In this document: one piece after another, positions 42,101-55,100 of the stretch
How the letters are laid out: each line of letters starts with the position of its first letter
How positions within the stretch are numbered: the first letter of the stretch is position 1
DNA from: Hormiphora californensis
Lineage: Eukaryota; Animalia; Ctenophora
Direction: 5' to 3'
Length of the DNA stretch: 64,000 nt
Assembly (NCBI GenBank): GCA_020137815.1
Contig: CM035357.1
Span: 4,402,001-4,466,000, forward strand
Translations under genes and position numbers: made by a program
Notes under the pieces: generated by a model
Told to the model about the DNA's origin: nothing
Database searches by the model: none
Seen by the model: only the letters and a program-made list of their open reading frames with translations

Positions 42101-43372
42101 TACATTTTGTCTCTATTCGATCATCACATACGTGAGAAGACTCGTATATTGGGCATAGCACATATATTGATACTGTTGTGGGATAGCCGTTCACCAAACA
42201 TGACCCTGCCACTTTGGTGGGGTCAGTGCAGTTCGTTTGGTCTAGACTGAAGGTACAGTAGCTGAGCGAGCTGATGAGCACGTGACTTATTATGTGGTCC
42301 ACGGAGGGGAGGGGGATAAAACAGCGAGACCCGTTATTCAAGGGAAACATTAGTTCATCAAAGATGGCAATGTAATTACATGTGTCGTTTGCTGCAGTTG
42401 CAGGAGTAACCCTATTGAATGGCTCAAAGAAGTATTCCCCTTCGGTTTGAACGACACCACCGTACCTATATCCGTTACAGTCTCGTTCGTCCGCACACAA
42501 CAAAAAGTCCGCTTTTGATCTTCCATCTTGACCAGGTCGTTGTATTTTAATATCATCACATACCCCGTTACACAATGCTCCGTCCTTCATCCAAACATCT
42601 ACCTCGCCACCATCAACAGTACTAATTGTATACTGAACTTGTACCCGTGAACTCGGACACTCTTGAAGTGACTCGTGGAGCCGATATAGATGAACCTCAG
42701 GGTCAAAACACAGAACCCCACAAGCAGGTGGTGTGCGGAACAACTCTCTTTTACCGGTCGGCTTGTAACCAGATTCCCCGCAAGCTTGATACTGGGCAGG
42801 GTCATTAGGACACAACCTGTTCACAAAGGTCTTCAGGGTGCGTGCATACAGGTCAAATGTCTGTGTTATGTCATATGTTACTGTGGTAGAGCCAATGCAA
42901 GACATTCTTATCGAGTCGTTTTTGATCCCTTTCAATTTGCGTATAATATTGGCACATTTCCTCACCAGGAAATCCTCGTTGATGCTGGAAGTGGATATGT
43001 GGCATTCACGACCTGTCCCAGCAGCTGTGGGTGTATGCTGCACACCCCCTGCTGCACTGTTGGATGGTACTGCTGTTGGTGTTGTGGACTGTGAAACAAC
43101 AGTTGTTCCACAGTCCACCAGGGTGACAAGACAAAGTAACAGCAAACTCATGATTTGAATTGATCTAAAACTTCGCAGAAGAATTACTTTTAAAGCCGGC
43201 TCTTCTTTGCATTGACGTACAATTTCGCACACCCATGGAACAAAGGAGAAATTGCAAAAGAAAAGAGAAGGCGACAACTTTACAAAAGTTTGACTTGCTC
43301 GACAGTCGACTATACTTTACTGCACCCCGTGAAGTATTACAATGGGATTATAAAGTGAATCTGCAGCCCCCC

Positions 43373-43405
<33 letters not shown>

Positions 43406-43408
43406 GCC

Positions 43409-43449
<41 letters not shown>

Positions 43450-46108
43450 TTGATATGTGCGACCCTTACCCGTATTTTACTTCCAAGCCCGTTTCAAGCC
43501 CGTCTTAGACCCAAGCAAGTAAGCGGTAAATGTGAGGTAAATAAGTCGGGTACAGTGGATTTCGCTTTGATATACATTAGTTTCAGTAGGCAGAGGAGAG
43601 AGAAAGAGAGATGTGTGTTCCCCGAATAAAAAGGGTTTGAAAGAAACAAGTTATGATACCGAGACAAATTACAAACTCAGTTTATTCAATTAGCAATTAT
43701 TTAGTCGAAAAACAATCAAATAGTTCGTTTACTCGCACTTGATGCTCAGTGAATCTTCAGGCCCACACAAGTTCCAATTCTCCTCCAATCCACACGTTTC
43801 CACAGTATCACAAGGACCCATTTTGATTGCTCGAAGGGCCACACTATCCATGGCACTCCTGGTCAGTCTCATCTTTGGGTCGGTAACATCCCCTGCTCTC
43901 TTCCACTCAACCGCTCGAGTGGCATCAACAAAGTCAAGAAGCTTACAAATCCTATCGGCTGTAGCTTGGTTCCTGACATCAGCCGCGCAAAAGTATCCCA
44001 AAGTCATCCGTGTAAAGTCCCCTGTGCGTTGGTCAAAGTCACCCATTTGCACGATAATAGTGCCCTGTTTTGATGGCTGGGTCTGACTGCTGTTACCGTG
44101 ACCAGCAACCATACTAGTTGCAGGGAACTGAGTGACTTTCCCGGTGTAACACTCCACAATGGTCTCATCCCCAAACTGGCACGTGGCTTGCTCAGTGTAG
44201 GTACAACCATCATCCAAGCCACGTGGCATCCTTTACCACATTCCAAGTTGGTGATATAACTTGTAAACACAGCCATCGTTGTAAATCATAGGCCTCGGGT
44301 AACACCACTCCTCCCTGGGGCATGCAGAGTTCTTCATCACGGAGAGGGCTCCTCGGGTGTGGCCCTTGTTTCCTGCAGATCCAGTGGGCGGTGTCAAGGG
44401 TCATATCACCGCAAACGGGGTACCAGCTGAAATCTTTGGTTATAAAGATCGGCATTCCGGTATGGGCTTGGAGTGATGTTGTCATCAAGTCTTCTTCGCT
44501 GTAGAACATGATCTCATTCCTTGCCCCGGAAACATGGTCAACTTGTAGGGCTGCCACCACGGTGGGTAGCAGGAGGATGAGAAGAAACTTCATCTTGTAG
44601 GATCACAGTGAAAAGTGGTTGTTCAAAGATGTTCAAAGATGTAGCAGATGTTTTATAGTAGACTAACACAATGAACTGTAAATTACATTTTCTGCTATAT
44701 TGTATTATTTGCCGACCCTCCTAAAGTAAAATAAAAAGAGTTTGAACAAAACAATGTATTTTAAAGTGCTAAATCATTTTCAAGAGAATAGTGTGAGACT
44801 AGCTGAGATTACGTTGTCAACATGAACTGTTCATATACAGTGTCAGGCGATACCCAATCCATCCACTAACTCCATCCTCAGGTGGTTCAATAACCACCCC
44901 TGACCCCAACCACTAACTCCATCCTCAGGTGGTTCGACTACATCATCAACAGGAAGTAGCTGTATCATCTCCCAACGAGCCGCCCTTCTGAAGAGCATTC
45001 TCAACTTCCTAAAACGGGCCATTCCAGATCAATTGTTTGCGGAGTACATTCGAAATGGTAAAAACCAGGAACCGACCGAATCAGGAAATACTGGTCCCTG
45101 ATTGGCGATAACCAGTCACGTGACCTAAATAACGAGTTCTGATTGGTTGTTTACTTGTGTCGGTCGGTTCCTGGTAAAAATAACAATATTATATATGTTA
45201 CTATCATGGTTATAGGATCATTTTTTCTCGAAATCTAATCTAATCTAATCTCAGTGATGGATGGATCCCTGCCCGTTTCCCTAAAACACATCATCAGTCG
45301 AGCTGAGTACTATGGACCCTCTCTGTTCTTCCTAGCCACGGAGGTGGTCACCCTGTATGTGTTCCACGAACCCTCCCTGCTGTCCAGTCTTCAGGATAGG
45401 AAGTTAACTGATGTTATACTGGATGCCCTGGTTGTGAAAGAGGTAACAGCTTCCCCTCTCTCAACCTACCCATCCTCTTACCCCCGCTAACCCCCAAGTT
45501 ACCAGTCGGCTGATAGATATTTATAGGAGACTGTCTGTCTGTATTCCCTCGCCAACCTCCTCCCCCCCCCCCCCTCAACTCTCCCCTCTCAACTATAATA
45601 TTTCAGGTACCCCCAACCAGAGAGGTGATCGCCTCCCTGCCCAACATCCTCAGCGCACTTTGCCTCAACCAACGTGGTCTAGAGGCCTTTATGAAGTGCA
45701 GGCCATTTGATCGCCTCTTCCACGTCCTCCTCTCACCCCAATACCTTCCTGCGATGCGGAGGAGAAGTAGTGATAGTTTGGGGGATACTGCTACCAACCT
45801 TGGGACAGCAATGGATGAACTGATGAGACATCAACCCACACTGAGACATGATGCCATGGCTGCTATAATCAAGGTACCTGATCCCCCCCCCCCCTGACCT
45901 GACCATGATACCCTCTTTATAGTGTGGACCACCCTAGAACCATATATAGAACCTCCTGATCATCAGGACCTGATTTACCGAGACCATACCCTCTTTATGT
46001 GAACCACCATAGAACCATTATACCCCTAATGTATTATCAAGGTACCTACTGATCATGATACCCCCCCTGATCATGATATCTCCTGATGTACACTATACCC
46101 CCGTAAAG

Positions 46109-46141
<33 letters not shown>

Positions 46142-49100
46142 TGATGTAAACCAACCCGAAACCATAGTTATTATACACCCTGCTAGAGTTTAGAGCTCAT
46201 ATCTTAGTTGGGTGATTGTAATGAGACTGGGATGAACAGGGATATATATTGTGTCAATATATGATGTACAGTGACATGTGGCAATGTATGATGTACATGA
46301 GGGGGTCAGTCGAGATTATATTGTTGATCTTGAGAATTGAGAATTGTTGAAAACTTACCGAACCAGGAGATAACGTTGCTATAGAAATCAGATGCTGTAT
46401 CAGGATCACTAGATTTTGGTCCAACGAACTCAATCTGACTAACAACATCACCCCCAAAGTCCTCTTGGCATCTAGTTACAACGCTGCTAGAGAAGTTATA
46501 AACCAGCACTTCGACAGTATTACAAGTTATAGTGAGAGAAGTTAGAATCCTTGGCTATACGCCAGATTTTATTTGCAGTAGTCGGGGGTTTTATTGGCAG
46601 GTCTACTCTTGGAATTACACCACCCAATCTTGTACTGGATAGTAGATAAAAACCTTAGGTAGACTGCTCCCAAACGTTTGCCACCATCATCATAAAGAAC
46701 CACCCTTACTAGCTCTTTACTCCCTACTGTGGAGTTTGTCTTGATGAATAGAGGTGTTGATTCTAAATCCCAAGTGATAGGGGTGTTGTGGACAACTGCT
46801 TGCCAGTGTGGGGAACGACCTGGAAATAATTCCCAACTTGAATTAATTGTTGAGACTCGAGAATTTGACGGGTTTTGACGCACTGTCCCGCTCTGGAAAT
46901 GGTCTAGATTACATTGTCCAACTGGACTGGAAATTCTCTGAGTTGGTCCTTACCGTTAGCAATGACGATCCAGGAAGTTAGGAACAACAATAGTAAACAT
47001 GAACGATCCATTCTCCACAACGAGAATATTAGATATCGTCCAAAACAAACTTAAAACTTGTTAATTATAGCATTCCTTCACACACAATACGGGAGCTGTG
47101 ACTTCCTCCCCGTGTGTAAAAAGGGAGTGCTCAAGCCTCCATGTCTTGGTTAGATAGTCTCAAATGAAGCATCAAAAGAGAGAAACATGTAGTTTACTTA
47201 GGAGAGATAAAGAGAGAAACATGTATTTTATTTAGGAGAGATAATGCCGTTTGAATAGCATTATTATAGCCAACTGCCAAGAGGATAGATCTCTAACACA
47301 GTACGTTTTACACTAAAAGAAAGTTGTGTGTGTCTGTCTGTCTCCCCTCACCAACCTCCCCTTCCTCTCAACTCTCCCCTCCTCACTCACCTTCCTCACT
47401 CACCTCTCTCTCTCAACTCTCCCCTCCCTCTCAACTCCACTCCCTCTTCCCTCCAGCTGCTAAAAGAGGTGTGTAGGATGGGAGAGGACAAGAACATCAT
47501 CGTGCAGAACATGTCCCAGAGTGGGGCTGGGGACCCCGGGGGAGCCTCAGATAGGGGTGCGGATGAAAAGAATGGAGATGGTAGCGATGAGGATGATGAA
47601 CTGTTGTTGCGGAGTAGGACGAGCAGTAGGGCTGCCCCCCAGCCGAGCACAGCTGCAGTTAGTACAACGGGGAGTGAAGCTACTGGCAGGTAGGATATGG
47701 AACATCGCTACTTTAAACATTACCCCTTCTACTCCCCCGCCACGATATTAAATCATTAACTGACTAATTATTTGACTAATTAACTAATTAATTAACTAAT
47801 TTATTGATATTTAATTGACTAATTAATTATCAGTGGAGAGAAAGAGGTAGTCCCACTAATGGAGTATGTGTACAATGTGGTCCGCTTTATTGATGCTATC
47901 CTGTCCAACAATGCTACTGATGATCACTGCAAAGAGTTTATACAACAGGTAATTAAATTAATTAATTAATTAAATTGTAGGAAGTCTGAGACTGGAAGTG
48001 GTAGGAATCAAACACTTTAAAATGTTTGATGAAGTCGGGAAATGTTTTTGATAACGAAGGAGAGAGAGATAGCATAGGGAGAGAGAAAACATGTCTCTGA
48101 CTCCTAATTTCAGGGTGGTTTGGAGCCCCTGGTGAAGCTACCCTCGTTACCCAACATTGCAGTTCAGTTCGCCTCCTCCAGGGCATGTATGGACGTGGCC
48201 ATCACGCTCAAGGATATCCTGGTACGTTGTTAGGGGGTTGTCATGGGGGTTGTCATGGTGACAATGTCTTATAAATTAGGAATCCAATGTGATTTATTTG
48301 TTTTCTTTCACATCTCTATCTCCCTCCCCACTTCTTCAGACACTTTCCCAAGACGGCCGTGTGATAGAACAGTGTTTTGAGCAGATAAACCAACTCATCT
48401 GGGAGCTGCATCCCTTTATCCTCCCCACTGGAGAGAGTTATCTTATTAACGAGCTAGCATCCTCTGCAACACCCACCCAGCCCTTTGCCAGCGCTACTTC
48501 CACACCGTTACTACACACAATTATGGCACTGGAGAGTTATATAACTCTGCTAATGAGCCTGTGTAAAGTCGGACAGGTATGATGATGAATGATGAAGATT
48601 GTTTTATATATTGTTTTTGCCTTCACTTCTTCCTTTTTTTCGGTTCATTTTCCTTCTCGCTTCCCTTCTCCATCACTACTTCCCCCTGTATAATCGAAAG
48701 TGCGTGTTCCTCTCTCTCTCTCTGCCCCACTAATTCCTTCACCTGTATTCTATCGAAAGGGTAGGTGCTTAGTGCCATCACACCCGTCACCCCCTCTCTC
48801 TCTTTCTCCCTCGCTCCCACCTGTATTCTATCGAAAGGGCGGGTGCCATAACACCCGTCACCCTCTCTCTCTCTCTCTCTCTCCCTCGCTCCCACCTATA
48901 ATCTATCGAAAGGGCCAAGACACCCGTCACCCTCTTCCCCTCTAATTCCTTCACCTGTATTCTATCGAAAGGGCGGGTGCCATAACACCCGTCACCCATG
49001 ACTCTAGCGCAATTTCCAGGCGGACATGAGGTCTGTGTGTATAGCAAAGTGGGGAAGTGAAGCGGGCCTGGACCTGATTGACAAGCTGTCCCAGTTGTTC

Positions 49101-52100
49101 ACTGCCATTGTTTGGGAGAATAGCTTGTTGGTCTTGGTAGCTCCTCCCTTCAACCTCACCCAGAATAGAGCTGATGTAGAGAGACTGATCGAGGCGATAG
49201 GACCCAATCCTGTTATTAGTAAGTTGAACCAAAGCTAAAAAACTTCCAAACTAAAACCCCAAAATAAAACCCCAGACTAATTCACAACAACCCCATAACT
49301 AATTCCAAAATATCCCAGAACTAACTAAAACCCCCGAACTAATTCCCAGAACTAAAACCCCAAACTAATTCTCAGCCATCTTCTCTGGGAACTTACTAAA
49401 ACTCCAAACTATCCAGAACTAAAGGGCAAGGAAAAGAAAGATAAATCTCCACCCCACCTACTGATAATAAAGCCGTTACGGCAGGCCGTTGATCGGCTGC
49501 ACAAACACCTCCTAGCCTTCCTCTTTGTGCTGTGCAAATTGAGCTGCGGCCAGATGCGTGTGAGAAGGTAGGAGAGTTGAAGAAAAATAGTCAGACAGAA
49601 GAGTTAAAGCACTTGGATGTCAAATAAAATCAGAGGCTAGTGACCAGCTTTGAGAGCTTCTCCAAATAAAATTAGATCTGATTTGAGAACTATGGTCCTC
49701 CCCCCCCCCAGGAATGTTACAAGTAAAGCAGCCCCTACTAAACACCAACTTGACATTGCCAAACACATCACATACTTCTTGAAACATGGCCTCAGTTGGA
49801 GACCCCCTATGAACACCCATCCCCGAGTGGGTCTAGCTGCCATTATGGGGCATATTGGTACGTGTGCATTGGTTACACAATTGTGTGTGTAAACAGTAAA
49901 CCGTGGGTTACACAATTGTGCTGTGCGTGTAAACCGTGGGTTACACAATTATTGGTCGGAAATTTTTTATTCAGTTTGGAACGTGTTCATGTATTCCAAT
50001 TTGAACCCATCTCCTTCACGAGTATTTTAATCACCTACTCGACCTTCTCTCACATTACAATACCCAGGCTTGGCGGGCAAGATTCTCCACAGCGAAAGTC
50101 AGCAACCCTACCACCTAATGCTTCACGAGTTCGACAAGGTTGATGGGCTGGAGAGCATGGTAGCAGCATACGATTGGGCTTCGAAGATCTCCAAACAAGG
50201 TACGATTGGGCTTCAAAGATCTCCAAAAAGGAAAAAATTTGGCTTCAAAGGTATCCCAATTGTCTCTAACCCCTCCCTCCCTTCCTCCCCCAGAGAATAA
50301 TGATTTAGTAGTGGGTGCAGGACAGTTCATGACAGCCTGGCTGACTCTCATGGAGAAGTTGATAGATGTGAAGTCTGTTACAGAGTCTAACCATTCCCTT
50401 CCGGCATCCTTCCAGCCTGCCCAGTTCGAACCCATCAGATTCCTTGCCAAGTCACACAAGGTAATGGGAAATATAGAGCCGTCTTAGTCTTCATATATAC
50501 AAAATAACATTTTCTTGATGTTTCTACGGCTCTTCCTGGAAGACACCGTTGGAAGAATATCGGTAAACTTAATTCCAGTGCCAAAATAACTCGTGTTTTC
50601 CTTTGTGATCGTCTTATTATACATATCATTTTCTTGACTGTGATTTGTGGGGATTGTGTCCTCAGGAGAACTCGACAGGGCAATGAAATTTTCCTGGAGT
50701 ACTGTACAAATACAAACACGAGTGTTTTAACAGAAAGCAATTGTTTCACTACCAGCGGTAGATCTGATGATCTACCGCTGGTAGTGAAACAATTGTTTTC
50801 TGTCAAAACACTCGTGTTTGTATTTGTATCATTTTCTTGATATATTTATGGCTTTTATATTGGGTGCAGTACAGGGCATGAAACCTGTGGTTCACTGCGC
50901 TGGCAAGGTGACCATTACTCTAATATATCCATCTTTGTGCACGGTGCAGAAGCTTCTTTTACCACCACCTATATTTCAGTTTGCTTTTGAAGTGATTTCA
51001 CAGCTCTGGGATGAACTATACAGATACTCGGGGATGAAGAGCCTGAAGAGTGAAATCGGGAGAATAACTGAACTGGTTATTGTCATTCTTAAACAACTTC
51101 TTAAAGGTAATTAGTTCTAATTACTAATTAATTATCTAGCTGTAATTACTGGTAAATTTTCTTATAACCATACTAGTTAATTATCTTCGATTCCAATTAC
51201 TAATTACTTGTAAATATTTACATATCTGGTTAGGTTTTAATAATTTTAACTTGTTTCAGGCAATCTTCAGGATAAGATCCAGAAGGCAGAAAAGAAAGGA
51301 CCTGACGGGGCGAGTGAAACAGGGACTGTTCAAGCTAATGAACAACTCGTACAAACGGTAATTAATTAATTGATTAGCAACTACCTTCGACAGTAACCCA
51401 CTGCAACACTGCTATTATTATTATTATTAGGGAAACCTAGCCGAATCACTTATCAACCCTTCTTATGAGCCTCCTCCGATGCCACTCTAACCCCCCTTCT
51501 GCTATAATCTATGACCCTCCCTATGACCCTCCCTTCCCATTACTCCCGGTCCCACTAATCAATTAATTAGCGATTAGCAGTACTCTCGGGAGATAACCCT
51601 TCTCCCACCCTCTCAGCTCATGGATATGGGTTTCGGCCGTCAGCACGCCGTAGAAGCTCTAGTTCAGAGTAATAACAACCTTACAGCAGCAACTGAATAC
51701 GTGCTAACTGCTCACTCGAGCGCCATGGTGAGAGTCAATGTGTTTGTTTGTTTGTTTGTTTGTTTGTTTGTTTGTTTGTTTGTATGTTTGTTTGTTTGTT
51801 TGTTTGTTTGTTTGTTTGTTTGACTGTTTCTTTATTGTTTTTGCTGCGTCCAGCGGGTATTGTATCATAATGCTGATAACTGAACAAAATCCCCATTTCT
51901 AATACTCACTTGACCTCACCTACCCCCTATCGCAGCCAAGTCCCCATTTCTAATACTCACCTACCCCCTATCGCAGCCAAGTCCCCATTTCTAATACAGT
52001 CGGACCCCGATTTACCGGGCCCCGATTTACCGGAACCCCGATTTACCGGGAGGATTTCTTTCCCCCGATTTTTTTTGGAAAATTTTCGAAGTTTTTCCGG

Positions 52101-55100
52101 TTGGTAAACTTGCATTTGCAATTCGCTAGGTCTAATGGGGATCACGTATCGGTTCGTTTCAAACCGTCTAATTAGCGGCAGGACACGTGATAAGATACAC
52201 CGATTCAAAAAACGATTCGAACGTGGCTGGTATACCTTAGAAAAATTTCATATCTTTTTTTGCAAAATTTTACAGAATCATTGTCAATGCTTTGATCGAT
52301 GCTCCCCGTAAATTTTCAGAAAAAAAGTTATTTTGAAACTTTGATACTTCCTCACCCCGCTTAGGGTGCCCAGATTCGGCATGGTATCACGTATCGGTTC
52401 GTTTCGAACCGTCTTACGTCTAATTAGCGGCAGGACATGCGATAAGATGCACCGATTCGAAACACGATTCGGACTCGGTCGGGGTGGTTTACCTTAGAAA
52501 AAGTTTTTACATTTTTTTTTGAATTTTTTAAACTTTCTATTTCTAATGACAGAAGCAATGATCATTATATTGTCATCAATAAATGTATACATACTATACA
52601 GTGAGAGGTGTCTTGGTATAGAATTTTGGACAAAAGTAGGATTTATGGGTAGGGTTTATGGGTCAAATATGTTCTACCCCGATATACCGGGCACCCCGAT
52701 TTACCGGGCAAAATGGCTTCCCCCGAGGATCCCGGTAAATCGGGGTCCGACTGTACTCACCTATCCCCTATCGCAGCCAAGTCCTCATTTCTAATACTCA
52801 CCTATCCCCTATCGCAGCCAAGTCCCCATTTCTAATACTCACCTACCCCCTATCGCAGCCAAGTCCCCATTTCTAATACTCACCTATCGCAGCCAAGTTC
52901 GGACATGTCTGAGGAGGAGGCAATGATGCAGGCAATAGCAATGTCCCTTGCGGTCGAAGAGACGGGTTTGGAGGGTGGGACAGCTGCCCCCGCTCCCGCT
53001 CCACCCCCTGAAAAGCCGGCCATTGAGTTCATAACAGAGGATAAGCTGTGGAGTTTGTACGACAAAATTCTGGGTGAGCTTGCAATCCTTATTAGCGACC
53101 GAAAAATGTGTATTTCTAAGACTCTTGCGTGCAGTGTGATGCTTCCGCATGAATAATGTTGGCCTACTTTTGAAATGACTAATTTCGTGAAAATAACTTA
53201 TTTCCTCGCAGCGGGTTGCATAAAGCTTCTCGAGGATGTTCCCTCTGCTGTGTTCAAGATTGGCGATCTCTTAGCAGTGATTATGGAGAAAAAGGGAGAC
53301 CAATCCCGGTCCGATACCATCTCACGTATCCTACCACTGGTTAGTGTTCTCTCGCTAGTTAAAGTAACAATCTCACTGCTCTCTCCCGCTAGTTAAAGTA
53401 ACAATCTCACTGTTCTCTCGCTAGTTAAAGTAACAATCTCACTTCAGGTGGTAGAGGGTGTGAAACACGCGATAGAGTGCCTAACAGAGAGCAGTTACAG
53501 CAGTCAGATGAACCAAAAGAGAGTGAGCGTACTTGGAGCTTACCTTCACTGTTTGCTACTAATTAGTGAGGTAAGGCAATTAATTACAGATCAATTAATT
53601 AAATACCATTCAAATAATTTACCCCGATCTTCGGGGGAAAAATATCCGTCTGGTAAATCTCAGTAAAGTCAATTCAAGTAAATCGAGGTTCCTACTTCCC
53701 GCTCTCAACTCCTCAGCTGACCTAACTCCCTCCTCACCAATCCCCTTAGGATCTAATGTTTTCCTGTGGTGAACTATTCAACGAGCGTGCCCTATTTGAG
53801 GAGCACCTGGTGACCCTTCTCCGCCTCTACAGTTCCCATCTCACGAAAGAAGGTACCACGGATTGTCTCACTGCTCTCTCGCTAGTTAAAGTAGCAATCT
53901 CACACTACTCTCTCGCTAGTTAAACTAACAATCTCACTCCAGGTGCCACGGATTGTAAAGCTCCTGGCTGGCTGACCCCCCTGATTCTCCTCCTTGATAT
54001 GCATGAGAAGATGGCGACCATTGTTCAAAGGAGGAATGGCCTACCAAAGGTATGTAATTATAAAACTAAACAAGTAACTACTGTTATTCAGAGTTAGCTT
54101 GATAGCTATACAGTGCTCGATCTTTACATAAATCCAAAGAAAACGTAAGAAAATGGTTTTCTTTGGATTCATGATAACAAGTAACTAATTAGGTAACTAA
54201 CAAGTTAATTAACTAACTAATTGCTCTAACAGGTTGAACACGTGTGGCAGTATTATGAGGACAGGCACAACAGATGGGCCACCTACCACCAGACCTCAAA
54301 CAACACCATTGAAAAGGCATACTTAGCTGGAGAGAGCGAGGTAAATTATTGAGGGGGGATACTTAGCTGGAGAGAGCGAGGTAAATTATTGAGGGGGGAT
54401 ACTTAGGCTGGAGAGAGCGAGGTAAATTATTGAGGGGGGATACTTAGGCTGGAGAGAGCGAGGTAAATTATTGAGGGGGGATACTTAGCTGGAGAGAGCG
54501 AGGTAAATTATTGAGGGGGGATACTTAGCTGGAGAGAGCGAGGTAAATTATTGAGGGGGGATACTTGGCTGGAGAGAGCGAGGTAAATTATTGAGGGGGG
54601 ATACTTGGCTGGAGAGAGCGAGGTAAATTATTGAGGGGGGATACTTGAGCTGGAGAGAGCGAGGTAAATTATTGAGGGGGGATACTTGGCTGGAGAGAGC
54701 GAGGTAAATTATTGAGGGGGGATACTTAGCTGGAGAGAGCGAGGTAAATCATTGAGGGGGGATATTTAGCTGGAGAGAGCGAGGTAAATTATTGAGGGGG
54801 GATACTTTGGCTGGAGAGAGCGAGGTAAATTATTGAGGGGGGATACTTGGCTGGAGAGAGCGAGGTAAATTATTGAGGGGGGATACTTAGCTGGAGAGAG
54901 CGAGGTAAATTATTGAGGGGGAATATTAGCTGGAGAGAGCGAGGTAAATTATTGAGGGGGGATATTAGCTGGAGAGAGCGAGGTAAATTATTGAGGGGGG
55001 ATACTTAGCTGGAGAGAGCGAGGTAAATTATTGAGGGGGGGATACTTGGCTGGAGAGAGCGAGGTAAATTATTGAGGGGGGGATACTTAGCTGGAGAGAG

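Noticed and set aside
43152-43277. N-terminal 42 aa of the 1131-aa ORF
   Set aside because: It starts at a non-ATG codon; the signal peptide begins at ATG 43151.
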